From: a virus
Taxonomy: Duplodnaviria > Caudoviricetes
Direction: 5' to 3' (one strand)
Length of the DNA stretch: 64,000 nucleotides
IMG/VR virus record: IMGVR_UViG_2767802241_000002
Span: 77,281-141,280 of that record
Position numbers and translations under genes: made by a program. The first letter of the stretch is position 1; each line of letters opens with the position of its first letter. Positions 1 to 10,006 of this stretch are shown piece by piece. The notes under the pieces were generated by a model. It was given only the letters and a program-made list of their open reading frames with translations. It did no database searches and had not been told where the DNA came from.

Positions 1-174
1 AAGGCAACTGGTGGTCGCCGTGGATCAGGTAACACCAAAGGTGCTAAGCCAGCAGATGCCGCAGGCACAGAGCTGAACGAGGTACGTGCTGCACTTAAAG
101 ATCTAGACATCATGTATGCCGATGATGAAGCATTGGAGCAACTGCAAGCCAAGCTCGCACAAGCAACTGAATAG
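1..174 (+). CDS. 3' end of small phage head-associated protein (partial)
   Basis: Frame 1 is open from the window start to TAG at 172-174 (...DDEALEQLQAKLAQATE*), directly upstream of the DUF4054-like gene. Confidence 0.6.
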   Translation, partial: KATGGRRGSGNTKGAKPADAAGTELNEVRAALKDLDIMYADDEALEQLQAKLAQATE

Positions 175-181
175 GTGATGT

Positions 182-565
182 ATGGATCCACAGGCATTCC
201 GGCAAAAATTCAAATACGACACGGCGCTTCTCAACTTGCCAGACGCAGAAATTGCAGATGCCTTGGAGGAAGCCGACCTTGTTGTATCAACACTGCAATT
301 TGGCGCATTAAAAGAACGTGCTGTGGGTCTATATGCAGCACATATTTTAAAAGTCGCAATCAAATCAAAAAACGGCGCTGGCTTTAACGATGCTGCATCG
401 ATGTCTATTGCGGGGCAATCGGTGAGCTATTCACGATCCAACACAGAATCTTTTTACAGCCACAGTATTTATGGTCAGCGCTATTTAGCCCTTAAAAACT
501 CTATCCCCATTGATGAGCAAGGTACTAATCCCAATCGCTTGGGTGTAAGTGCCTTTGTTGTGTAG
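182..565 (+). CDS. DUF4054-like head-tail adaptor
   Basis: 'LYAAH...SVSY...SIYGQRYL' pattern, similar to 44591..44998; gene position. Confidence 0.75.
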   Translation: MDPQAFRQKFKYDTALLNLPDAEIADALEEADLVVSTLQFGALKERAVGLYAAHILKVAIKSKNGAGFNDAASMSIAGQSVSYSRSNTESFYSHSIYGQRYLALKNSIPIDEQGTNPNRLGVSAFVV

Positions 566-574
566 GAGCACATC

Positions 575-763
575 ATGTCATTTAAATATCAAGCACCAGT
601 GCATTACAAAGCTAAAACTTTGGTTATCGCTGGTAAAGCCCATCAAGTTACAGATGGTGTCATTGAATCAGTCGATGATATCTATCCATTGTTGGTCCCT
701 TTGGGCTTTAGTCGTTATAACGGGTCTGTAGCCAAGAAGCCTACAGCTGCAGTTAAAAACTAA
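575..763 (+). CDS. Small phage hypothetical protein
   Basis: 62 aa ORF with AGGAG RBS, tightly packed in the operon. Confidence 0.65.
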   Translation: MSFKYQAPVHYKAKTLVIAGKAHQVTDGVIESVDDIYPLLVPLGFSRYNGSVAKKPTAAVKN

Positions 764-771
764 GGTGTATT

Positions 772-1251
772 ATGAGCGATATCCGTGTAAATGCTGATGT
801 TGACTTTAATGCGATGAACGATCGGGTACGATTTGAAATACGCCGTACAGTGAATGCTTTAACACTTAAGCTACAGCGAACAGTGCAGGAAGATATGCTG
901 ACCGGTCAACGTCTCAATGTGCAGTCTGGTCGGTTACGTGGCTCGATCTCTTCTAAAGTTGATGAAACGGCGGATTCGATAGAGGGGACAGTGGGGGCTG
1001 GTGGCGCACTGGTACCTTATGCACCAGCCCATGAGTTTGGCTTTAAAGGAGCTGTCACGGTAAAAGCTCATTTGCGCAATATTAAAAAAGCATTTGGTCG
1101 ACCGATTACGCCAAAGCAGATCATGGTGGGAAGTTTTAGTCGAACAATGAATCTGCGTGAACGCTGTTTCATGCGCGATTCATTGGATCAGATCGCCAAG
1201 ATCGTACCTAAGAATATTGATAATGCCATTCAGCGAGGTATTCATGGATAG
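772..1251 (+). CDS. Neck/tail completion protein (HK97 gp10-like)
   Basis: 'SGRLRGSI...YAPAHEFG' motif. Confidence 0.7.
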   Translation: MSDIRVNADVDFNAMNDRVRFEIRRTVNALTLKLQRTVQEDMLTGQRLNVQSGRLRGSISSKVDETADSIEGTVGAGGALVPYAPAHEFGFKGAVTVKAHLRNIKKAFGRPITPKQIMVGSFSRTMNLRERCFMRDSLDQIAKIVPKNIDNAIQRGIHG

Positions 1252-1684
1252 TGAAGCAATATACCAAGCACTTTATCAGCGCCTTTCTCAGATAGACGGC
1301 GTAGTAACAACCAGTCGCCGTCTACGGCATTTTAATCAGGTACCTTCTGAGCAACGTCCGGCATTGTTTATTACGCAAGGCAATCAACAGGAAGCACCGG
1401 TAAAAGGTTTAAATGCCAAGGTGCAGTTGGAAGCTGAGGTTTACTTGTATATTCATGAATCAGATCCAGCGATTGCGCCATCCATACAGTTGAATCGCAT
1501 GATTGATAAGGTTCGTGATGCGATTGCGCCAGATTATCCCGAAGTGTGTGAATATCAAACCTTAGGTGGTTTGGTGGAACATTGCTGGATCGAGGGGACG
1601 ATTGAAGTGTATGAGGCAGCAGAGAATATGCTGGATGACCAAGGCATTGCCATTATTCCGGTGCGAATTTTAACAACCAATTAA
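1244..1684 (+). CDS. Tail terminator-like protein
   Basis: ATG at 1244 overlaps the previous gene; lies just before the tail tube; 'TLGGLV' motif. Confidence 0.65.
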   Translation: MDSEAIYQALYQRLSQIDGVVTTSRRLRHFNQVPSEQRPALFITQGNQQEAPVKGLNAKVQLEAEVYLYIHESDPAIAPSIQLNRMIDKVRDAIAPDYPEVCEYQTLGGLVEHCWIEGTIEVYEAAENMLDDQGIAIIPVRILTTN

Positions 1685-1701
1685 TCACAAACATTTAAAT
1701 G

Positions 1702-1722
1702 ACCGCCATCACGGCGGTTTTC
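1702..1722 (+). terminator. Intrinsic terminator
   Basis: ACCGCC-ATCAC-GGCGGT-TTT; the same hairpin occurs at 4280. Confidence 0.6.
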
Positions 1723-1744
1723 TCATTTTAAGAGGCTTAAAAAT

Positions 1745-2509
1745 ATGGCTCAATATTTATTTGGCGCTGGCAAAGTGTTTGCTACGCCGTTGCAAGATAT
1801 ATATGGTCAGCCGATTAGTGATGCAACACCGGTTGAAGTGGGTGTATTACAGTCAGTATCGGTTGATATCAGTTATGACTTAAAAGAGCTCTATGGTCGT
1901 GGCCAGTTTGCTGTTGATGCAGCACGCGGCAAGGGCTCAATCAAGTGTAAAGCCACGATGGGGCGTATTAACGGCGCTTTACTCAATTCTATTTTCTTTG
2001 GGGGCGTGGTATCTGAAGGCGGTGTTGAAACCATTGCTCAAACCATGAATGGTGAAGTGATTGCCTCTGGTGGAATCGTTAAGCCCACTGTTCCTAATTC
2101 CGGTACCTTTGTTCGTGATCTTGGCGTAACCAATACTAAAGCGGTGCCGTTGGTACGTGTGTCTGGTACACCAGAAGCAGGGCAATATGCAGTTGATGCT
2201 ACAGGTTCATATACTTTTGCCACGGCGGATGTTGGAAAAACCGTATTTATCAGCTTTAAATATTCGGCAACGGTTGCTGGTGCTAAATCTGGTTTAGTGA
2301 CCAACCTAGATATGGGTTATACACCGGAGTTCGCAGTGGATCTGATGCGTGATTATAAGGGTAAGATCATGCAAATGGATTTCTTCCGCTGCACCAGTAA
2401 TAAGCTTGCTTTTAACTCTAAGCAAGATGATTACGATCTACCAGAGTTTGAGTTTCAGCCGATGGCTGATGATTTGGGTCGTGTGTTCAATTGGACTACT
2501 TCGGAGTAA
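1745..2509 (+). CDS. Major tail (tube) protein
   Basis: 254 aa, Gly/Val-rich, lies before the tail chaperones and tape measure. Confidence 0.75.
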   Translation: MAQYLFGAGKVFATPLQDIYGQPISDATPVEVGVLQSVSVDISYDLKELYGRGQFAVDAARGKGSIKCKATMGRINGALLNSIFFGGVVSEGGVETIAQTMNGEVIASGGIVKPTVPNSGTFVRDLGVTNTKAVPLVRVSGTPEAGQYAVDATGSYTFATADVGKTVFISFKYSATVAGAKSGLVTNLDMGYTPEFAVDLMRDYKGKIMQMDFFRCTSNKLAFNSKQDDYDLPEFEFQPMADDLGRVFNWTTSE

Positions 2510-2515
2510 TAACGC

Positions 2516-3093
2516 ATGGAATTAAAGCAAGTTGATTATCCGCGTGGCAATGAAAAAGTAATTGCTGGTCATAAACTAGTGTTTGCGCCGTTACCATTGG
2601 GTGCCATTGAAAAATATCAAGATCAATTGAGTTCGGCGAGTGTACCGATCACGACAATTATTGATGTGGCACATATTTCCTTAAAGCGCAATTATCCTGA
2701 TATTCAGCGAGAATTTATTGCTGATGAAATTCTAGATATGGCAAACATGGAAGAGGTGTTGGGCTTAATCATCAATAGTTCAGGTCTAACTCATAACGGC
2801 GAAAAGACTGGTGAACAGTCGGGGGAATAGACTGGGAGGAGCTATACGCGCATTTGGTGCTCACAACGGGGAGAGATTTTGAATATATCCGCAGTGATTT
2901 TGATATTCCCCGTTTAAATGCATTAACGGCGTGCAATCGTAGAATACCTCCCGTGCCTATCAATATTCATCGCATTCGATTATTAATAGAGGCATTTATG
3001 GGCATTGAAGATGATGAACAAGATAATGTAGAAAATAATGATGATGACGATGAATTGTTAAATGATCTAAGAAACTTTCCGCAGGGTGGTTAA
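2516..3093 (+). CDS. Tail assembly chaperone pair (G 2516..2830; GT via -1 frameshift to 3093)
   Basis: G GGG GAA at 2821-2827, just before the stop. The -1 frame (GGIDWEELYAHLVLTT...) is continuous with ORF 2854..3093. Confidence 0.75.
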
Positions 3094-3177
3094 GGCTACT
3101 GGCGGGAAGTGGTATTCTTCAATAGATTATTTTATATTTTATTGTTATTTTATAAACCCTTATTTGAGGTGTTCATA

Positions 3178-3615
3178 ATGAAGAAATTAATACTTACACT
3201 TTTGGTGTTGAGTTTGGTTAGTGCTTGTAGCAAATCTCAAGAAGAAATTGATTTGGAAAAAAAATCTGAAACTGAAGCCCAATTAAAAGCTGAGAAAGAG
3301 GCGGATTTAAAAAAAGTAGAAGATGCCGTTAAGTATATGTTGAAGGATGGGGAATCAGCTAGATTTAGGAATGTTATTGGTAATTGTGGTGAGGTGAACT
3401 CTAAGAACTCATACGGAGCATATGCTGGCTTTTCAAGGTTCGTGTTTAAGCGAGATAATGGAAAAGTGGTATTTGATAATCCTGATAATCAATATTTTAA
3501 TGCTGTCGTAGCCTCGTTTTGCGATAAAGCATATTTGGACAAATTCCCAGTGGATGATTCGTCTAACAATACTAATTCTGCTGCTCCGATTGATGTTGCG
3601 CCTATAGATAATTAA
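3178..3615 (+). CDS. Lipoprotein (moron)
   Basis: MKKLILTLLVLSLVSA-C lipobox; 'CGEVNSKNSYGAYAGF' motif; AT-rich. Confidence 0.75.
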   Translation: MKKLILTLLVLSLVSACSKSQEEIDLEKKSETEAQLKAEKEADLKKVEDAVKYMLKDGESARFRNVIGNCGEVNSKNSYGAYAGFSRFVFKRDNGKVVFDNPDNQYFNAVVASFCDKAYLDKFPVDDSSNNTNSAAPIDVAPIDN

Positions 3616-3710
3616 TTTAGGGTCTGATAGTGGATTGCGACCCCATGCTCTCTGATAATTAAAATACCCCTGAAGATTAACTAACTCCGAGTTAGTACAA
3701 GTGTGACGAT

Positions 3711-4229
3711 ATGAAAAAATTGAAAGTATTAGGATTTTTAACTCTCTTCTTATCTGCATGTGCAACAACTCCCAAAGAGGCAACTTTTAACCTTCCTGAT
3801 GGTTGGCGATTACCAACAAGTGAGGATGCAATAGATGATTGGGCGAGATTTAATTCACCGAGTCGTGTTGAGGCAGATTTTAATGGTGATGGTAAAACTG
3901 ATAGAGCGCAAATATTATTAAAAAATAATTCCTCTACGGGATATCGGCTTATTGTCGATATTTCAGATGGAGATAATATAAAGCGATTTAACCTCGATCA
4001 AAATGATTCAATTTCTGCCCAAAGCATGGCAATAGAATTATTAGATCCATCTAATGAGGTATGGGATAGCGCTTGTGAAAAAGGTTATTGGGAATGCCAA
4101 CAGAATGAAATTCGGAAGTTTAAGATATCCAAGCCTAGTATCCAATTTTGCTACATAGAGTCAGCTTGCGTAATCTACATGTGGTCAGATCGTAATAAAA
4201 ACTTCACGAAGATTCCATTGTCTGATTAG
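3711..4229 (+). CDS. Lipoprotein (moron), candidate muralytic-enzyme inhibitor
   Basis: LFLSA-C lipobox; 'ADFNGDGKTD' Ca-binding-type motif; several Cys; immediately upstream of the tape measure. Confidence 0.7.
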   Translation: MKKLKVLGFLTLFLSACATTPKEATFNLPDGWRLPTSEDAIDDWARFNSPSRVEADFNGDGKTDRAQILLKNNSSTGYRLIVDISDGDNIKRFNLDQNDSISAQSMAIELLDPSNEVWDSACEKGYWECQQNEIRKFKISKPSIQFCYIESACVIYMWSDRNKNFTKIPLSD

Positions 4230-4279
4230 TTGCTTAGGTAAGACTTAAATATTTTAAGAATACTCAAAAAGATTTTATC

Positions 4280-4302
4280 ACCGCCATCACGGCGGTTTTT
4301 TT
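4280..4302 (+). terminator. Intrinsic terminator closing the lipoprotein moron
   Basis: ACCGCCATCACGGCGGTTTTTTT. Confidence 0.7.
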
Positions 4303-4319
4303 ATGCCTGCGAGGTAGTT

Positions 4320-7300
4320 ATGGCGAATGGTAATAAGGTAGAAGTAAGTATTGGTGCTAACACTTCCGAGCTTAAAACTGGCATGAAAGAGTCAGGTGAG
4401 GTTGTTAGTAAAACTGTAAAAGAAATGGAGAATGCTGGTAAAAGCCTGAAAATTAATATTGATACATCTATTATTGAAAAAAGTTTTACAGATATGTCTC
4501 GTAATGTGCAGGGCAATATGCAAAAACTTAGCACGAATATTAGTGATTCATTTAATAAAAGCTTTGCTTCGATTTCCAGCTCATTTAAATCTGTGAGTAC
4601 GCTTTTAGCTGGTACCCTAACTGTTAGTAATGTCATTGATATGGCAGATAGCTATGGGCAAATGGGTGCGCAGATTCGTAAAGCTTCTACTGATATGGTT
4701 GAATACAATAAAGTCCAAGATCATTTACTAGAAACAGCAAATACAACATATCGCTCACTTGAAGAAGCACAACAGGTTTACCTTGATGTGGGTGGTGCTT
4801 TAAAGGCGTTTGGATCCACCACAGAAGAAGCTTTGCGTATTACTGACAGCTTATCGTTTAGTTTTACCCATAACGCAACAGCATCAGATAAAGCGGCATC
4901 AGCAACCAACGCTTTTATGAAAAGTATTTATAGCAATAAGGTTTCTGGTGATGCCTTTGTCACTATGCTATCAGCTATACCAAGCATTGTTGATGATTTA
5001 TCTACAAGCATGGGGGAATCTAAAGATAAAATTCTTGAAATGGGGAATGCAGGCAAGATCACAGGCAACCAGCTCAAGAAAGCTTTTAATGATAGTCGCG
5101 AGGCAAATGAGGGCTTTGCTAATGATATGGAAAACAGTGTTAATGATGGCTTGCGCGTACTAAAGACTGAATTGACCGTATTTATTGGTAAGGCCAATGA
5201 GGCGCATGCAGTTACCGGAAAAATAGCTGCCGTGCTTGTTGCTCTAGGTAAAAATATTAGTACTGTTGTTGCGGGAGTCAGTGCTGTAGCTGCAGTGTTG
5301 GCGACTAAATATATTACACAGATGGCACTATCGATCAAGACGACAGTTGCTGCTACTATCGAAAATATTAGAAATCAGGCGAGTTTGGCCGGTTTATCCG
5401 CCCAAGCAACGTTAACAACACGTAGTCTAGCTGTATTACGTGGTGCAATGGCGGTGCTCGGCGGTCCTGCTGGCTTAGGTATGTTGGCGGTGCAAGGTAT
5501 TGCAGCTGGCGCTGCATTCTTATATCTGAAAAAAAGTAGCGATCAAGTAGAACCATCGCTTGAAAGTCAGGGTAAATCTGTTGCTGAGCTAAAGGCAGAA
5601 TATGATCGCTTAGATGCCGCCCAACAGCGCGTACTGACGCGTCAGACCAAGGCTGATCTTACAACTGCAGAAGAAGGTTTTAAAAAGCAAGAGATTGCTT
5701 TATTGGGCTTAGTACGCGCCGTGATCAACCATTCTGATGCTACATATGAGGATAAGAAAAAGGCCAAAGAACTATATGACCAGTATCTTGATGGCAAGAT
5801 CAAAGCTGATCAGCTTGCAACCGGTATCAATAATCTTAAGTCGGTCGAAGAAAAGCATAAATCTACTATTGATGAAAAATCAAAATCTTTGACTAAAGAG
5901 CAAGAAGCAGTCTTTAAAGCATTGGATGTACTGAAGTCATATAGCAATGTGACGCGTCAATCAACGATTGATAATAAAGCACATACCAATTCAGTCAATG
6001 AAAAAGCTAACGCTTATGCAAATTTAACTGAGAAACAGCGTCAATATGTAGATGGTGTTAATAAGACAGCTGGGCGTGAACGTTATGTACAGACTAATAT
6101 GGCAGTTACTGGCATATCGCGTGAGCGTGCAGAACATCGTGCTGATGCGCGTGAAGCTGCTGGTATGGGATTTACCAATAAAGATGGTGTGATGCCAAAG
6201 GAGCTTCTGGATGCCGAGCAAGCCTCATGGGACCTTAAGCAGCAGGAAAAAGCACGGCAAGAGGCGGAAAAAAAAGCCTTAGATGCAAAAAAGAAAAGTG
6301 AGGCGGCAAATAATAAGCAGACCGGTAATCGTCTAGTTGGTCTTGTTGGGAGTACTGGGCGTAGCACGGGTAACCATCTTCATTTGCAATACCCCAAAGG
6401 ATCAGGGAAAGGCGGTGTTACTGCACAAGACATGGCTTTGTTACAGTTAGGGGGGCAGACGCTTAAACCAAGTATGTCTAAACACCCATACGGTGAAGAC
6501 AGGGGGAGCCGAGGAAAGCACGGGGGCTGGGATTTTTCTGCACCAGCTGGTACAGAAATTACGACGAATGCCGCCGTGAAAGATGTACAAAAAATGGTGT
6601 CTGAAACAGGTGGTTATACTTCAAGGGTATTTTTTGAGAATGGTGTGGTGCTTGATTTAATGCATCAGATCCCAGCAATGATGCAAAAAGTTAAAGGTGG
6701 TGCTAGTAAAGGGAGTAATACCTCATCAAGTAAAGATAGCTATCAAGCATTCGTTGATGCTGAAAAAAACAAGCTAAACCTACAGCACAAATACGCTTCA
6801 CAGAGAAAACAGGTCGAGCTTGATTTAGAGGAGGAATTGGCGGCGATTCGAGAGTCAACTTTAAGCAAAAGCGAAAAAGAAGACTTTGCTGTAAAAGCTA
6901 AAAAAGAAGCTGCCGACAAGATCAAGGCGATCGAGCTGGAGGAGTTGGAAAATACTCAAGATATGTCTGAACAGATTATTGAGGGTAAAGAGCTACTGGC
7001 ACAGCGGATCTACGAGCTGGAAATGGCACAGACTCAGGCTTTATTTGAAGCTAAGCAAATCTCCAATTCGCAGAGACTGCAGCTTGAGAAGCAGCTGGAA
7101 GATAAGCTTTATCAAACTAAGCGGAATGCCTTGGAAGATCGCTTATCACTGGAAATGAGCAAGAGTGCTTTTAGTGGTAAGAGTGACGGCGTACATAATG
7201 CCAATGAAAGCATAGCGGCTCTAGATAATGAAAAGACCATTTCTGACACCTTAATGCCTGGTCTGATTAATGATGCTCAAATGAAAGATTTTGAAGATAA

Positions 7301-8069
7301 ATTTGGTGGCTTAACCAATCGGATCTCTGGTCTTTGGGATAAAGGCATTCAAGCCATGATGAATGGTACCTTGACTTGGAGCAATGCGACTAACGCCGTT
7401 TTAACAGATATGGCTGGATTCTTTCTTCAGAAGATGGTGACTGAACCATTGCGCGTCTATATGACAGGTTTAGCTCAACGTATGGCGATAAAGCTAGGTT
7501 TTATTAAAACTGAAACGGCGGCTGAAGTTGGTGGGCAAGCAGCTCAAACAACTGCAGTAGTTGCAGGTGAAGGAGTTAAAACGGCAGCTACGGCGACTGG
7601 TGTATTGGCACGTTTGGCGCTTAAGGCTGGCGAAGCAATTAAATCGATCATGATGTATGCATGGGAAGCAATGGCTGGGGCATTCAAAGCGATGGTATCA
7701 ATCCCATATATTGGGCCATTTCTCGCCGTAGGTGCTGGCGCTGCAGCATTAGCATTGGTTGGTGGTTTAGCCGGTAAAATTAAGTCTGCTCGCGGTGGTT
7801 ATGATATTCCTGCGGGTGTGAATCCAGTAACCCAATTGCATGAAGAAGAAATGGTGTTGCCCAAACAACATGCCAACACCATTCGTGCTTTAGGGCGATC
7901 AATGCGTAATGGCGGAATGGAACAACCTGCAATGGCTGGTGATGGTGGTGGTATGTCTACGATTAATATTCAAGCATGGGATTCTAGCGATATTCGCCGT
8001 TTTATGCGTAAGCATGGGCGTGAGTTGGCTGGTGGTCTAAAGGGGTATGGTCGTAACTTTGGTAAATGA
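4320..8069 (+). CDS. Tape measure protein with internal permuted M23 peptidase domain
   Basis: 1249 aa, Ala/Lys-rich and helical with an N-terminal tape-measure domain. Contains GSTGRSTGNHLH and HGGWDF motifs at ~6348-6670. Confidence 0.9.
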   Translation: MANGNKVEVSIGANTSELKTGMKESGEVVSKTVKEMENAGKSLKINIDTSIIEKSFTDMSRNVQGNMQKLSTNISDSFNKSFASISSSFKSVSTLLAGTLTVSNVIDMADSYGQMGAQIRKASTDMVEYNKVQDHLLETANTTYRSLEEAQQVYLDVGGALKAFGSTTEEALRITDSLSFSFTHNATASDKAASATNAFMKSIYSNKVSGDAFVTMLSAIPSIVDDLSTSMGESKDKILEMGNAGKITGNQLKKAFNDSREANEGFANDMENSVNDGLRVLKTELTVFIGKANEAHAVTGKIAAVLVALGKNISTVVAGVSAVAAVLATKYITQMALSIKTTVAATIENIRNQASLAGLSAQATLTTRSLAVLRGAMAVLGGPAGLGMLAVQGIAAGAAFLYLKKSSDQVEPSLESQGKSVAELKAEYDRLDAAQQRVLTRQTKADLTTAEEGFKKQEIALLGLVRAVINHSDATYEDKKKAKELYDQYLDGKIKADQLATGINNLKSVEEKHKSTIDEKSKSLTKEQEAVFKALDVLKSYSNVTRQSTIDNKAHTNSVNEKANAYANLTEKQRQYVDGVNKTAGRERYVQTNMAVTGISRERAEHRADAREAAGMGFTNKDGVMPKELLDAEQASWDLKQQEKARQEAEKKALDAKKKSEAANNKQTGNRLVGLVGSTGRSTGNHLHLQYPKGSGKGGVTAQDMALLQLGGQTLKPSMSKHPYGEDRGSRGKHGGWDFSAPAGTEITTNAAVKDVQKMVSETGGYTSRVFFENGVVLDLMHQIPAMMQKVKGGASKGSNTSSSKDSYQAFVDAEKNKLNLQHKYASQRKQVELDLEEELAAIRESTLSKSEKEDFAVKAKKEAADKIKAIELEELENTQDMSEQIIEGKELLAQRIYELEMAQTQALFEAKQISNSQRLQLEKQLEDKLYQTKRNALEDRLSLEMSKSAFSGKSDGVHNANESIAALDNEKTISDTLMPGLINDAQMKDFEDKFGGLTNRISGLWDKGIQAMMNGTLTWSNATNAVLTDMAGFFLQKMVTEPLRVYMTGLAQRMAIKLGFIKTETAAEVGGQAAQTTAVVAGEGVKTAATATGVLARLALKAGEAIKSIMMYAWEAMAGAFKAMVSIPYIGPFLAVGAGAAALALVGGLAGKIKSARGGYDIPAGVNPVTQLHEEEMVLPKQHANTIRALGRSMRNGGMEQPAMAGDGGGMSTINIQAWDSSDIRRFMRKHGRELAGGLKGYGRNFGK

Positions 8070-8079
8070 GGAGTGAGAT

Positions 8080-8730
8080 GTGTCTGATGTATTGTTTCCT
8101 GAATTGCCGGGGTTGGAATGGGACTTAACCAAAGCCCCAAGCTTTAATACTAAAATCATGACCTCGATCAATGGTCGTGAACTTAGAGCAAGTTATCAGG
8201 CCATCCCTAAATATGACATTACTTTGTCCTTTGGGTTCCTGCGGGAGTCCAAAGGGCGAACTGAGCTGCAGCAACTTGAAGGCTTCTTTTTAGAACGCCG
8301 TGGTGCTTTTGATTCATTCTTGCTGAAGATGCCAGATGATCATCAATTTGACTGTACCTATATTGGCGATGGCTACACAAGCATTTTTCAGCTTTATAAA
8401 AACATGCATACGGCGCAAATCCCATTGAGTCATAGCCAGTCTTTTTCACGACCAGTAAACCCATTGATGTGGAATAAGAGACCAGTGAAATCGATGTGGG
8501 ATGGTAATGCTCAAAAGCCAATGTGGAATAAAGCCACGGCGGGTGTCACCAAAAATGGTCAGGTCATATTGTCTGAGCCGCTAGAAGATGGACAAACGAT
8601 GTCGATCAGCGGCACTTATTACTATCGCTGCCGCTTTAAAGATGATGAGCAGCAATATACCAATTTCATGTATAAGCTCTGGAAAGCCAATAAGGTGCAA
8701 TTGGTAGGATCATTGGGGAATAAGCTATGA
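8080..8730 (+). CDS. DUF2460-like distal tail protein
   Basis: 'P.FNTKI.TS.NGRE.R...FF.ERRG.FDSF' pattern; follows the tape measure. Confidence 0.75.
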   Translation: MSDVLFPELPGLEWDLTKAPSFNTKIMTSINGRELRASYQAIPKYDITLSFGFLRESKGRTELQQLEGFFLERRGAFDSFLLKMPDDHQFDCTYIGDGYTSIFQLYKNMHTAQIPLSHSQSFSRPVNPLMWNKRPVKSMWDGNAQKPMWNKATAGVTKNGQVILSEPLEDGQTMSISGTYYYRCRFKDDEQQYTNFMYKLWKANKVQLVGSLGNKL

Positions 8731-9584
8731 GAAAAGCCTCAGCAAAACTTATTGCATTATTAGATGCTGATCAGTTCTTGATGGCTGATCTATACACGAT
8801 TACGACCATTCAGGGTGATGTTTATCGTTATACCAATTTTGATACACATTTAACGGTGAGTGGTTTGCTCTATCGCGCAGATGGTCCAATCATTAGCCGT
8901 GAAGGCATATCACTGTCATTAGGTGTGGAAGTAGACTCGCTATCTATTTCGATTCAAGTTACCGGTGAAGAATCATTAGATCAAATTCGCATGGTACAGG
9001 CATTTCATAACGGCGTATTGGATGGTGCGCGCTTCAAGTTGGAGCGTGTATTTTTAAATTATATGAATCCCGGTGATACCAGCGCCGGAACTATTAAGTT
9101 ATTTGAGGGGCGCATCATTGAGCCTGAATTTGATCGTAATAGTATTGATGCGCATGTGGCATCGGATACCGATGTTTTAAATGTGCAGATGCCGCGTAAT
9201 CTTTACCAGCCAAGCTGCTTAAACACCTTATTTGACGGTGGCTGTGGATTATTGCGATCAGAATACGCCGTGAATGCAACGCTTGAGACTGGTAGTACGG
9301 AATATCGATTGCTATGTCAGCTAAGTCAGCCGCAAGGTTGGTTTACGCAAGGTGTTGTTGAATTTACCCAAGGTGTAAATAAAGGTCTTAAACGTACAGT
9401 GCGACTACATGAGTCGGGCGCATTGTTATTGACTCTACCCTTGCTAGATATGCCTGCGGTGGGTGAGCTTATTAAGGTTTATCCAGGATGTGATAAGCGG
9501 CTTGATACCTGCATGAATCGATTTAACAACCGTGATCATTTTCGTGGGCAACCTTTTATACCAGTACCGGAGACCGCAGTTTAA
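8727..9584 (+). CDS. DUF2163/BR0599-like tail hub protein
   Basis: 'YQPSC...FD.GCG', 'PGCDKR..TC..RFNN..HFRG.PFIP'. Confidence 0.85.
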   Translation: MRKASAKLIALLDADQFLMADLYTITTIQGDVYRYTNFDTHLTVSGLLYRADGPIISREGISLSLGVEVDSLSISIQVTGEESLDQIRMVQAFHNGVLDGARFKLERVFLNYMNPGDTSAGTIKLFEGRIIEPEFDRNSIDAHVASDTDVLNVQMPRNLYQPSCLNTLFDGGCGLLRSEYAVNATLETGSTEYRLLCQLSQPQGWFTQGVVEFTQGVNKGLKRTVRLHESGALLLTLPLLDMPAVGELIKVYPGCDKRLDTCMNRFNNRDHFRGQPFIPVPETAV

Positions 9585-10006
9585 TGAGAAACCTAGATGC
9601 AGTAGCTGAGGCTATGACTTGGCTGGGTACGCCGTATCACCATCAAGGGCGGGTGAAAGGTGTTGGTGTGGATTGCGGAACTTTAATTTGTGAAGTGTAT
9701 GAGCGTGTTGGGCTAATGGATCATTTAGATCCGCGCCCATATCCACCAGACTGGCATATGCATCAACTTGGTCAACGCTATCTTGAGCATGTGAAAAGTG
9801 TCTGCTTTGAAGTTACTGAGCCGCAGCCGGGTGATATTGTTTTATACCATTTTGGCAAGTGCATTAGCCACGGCGCAATTGTTGTTGAATGGCCCACGAT
9901 CATTCATTCGTATATCCATCAAGGTGTCATTCTCCAAGATGGTACCAAAGGAAGTTTAGCCCGGCGAATAGCTGGGTTTTTTCGTATGAAGAGGCTAAAA
10001 GAATAA
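9584..10006 (+). CDS. Tail NlpC/P60 cell-wall peptidase
   Basis: 'WLGTPYHHQG..KGVGVDC...H(GAI)'. Confidence 0.9.
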   Translation: MRNLDAVAEAMTWLGTPYHHQGRVKGVGVDCGTLICEVYERVGLMDHLDPRPYPPDWHMHQLGQRYLEHVKSVCFEVTEPQPGDIVLYHFGKCISHGAIVVEWPTIIHSYIHQGVILQDGTKGSLARRIAGFFRMKRLKE

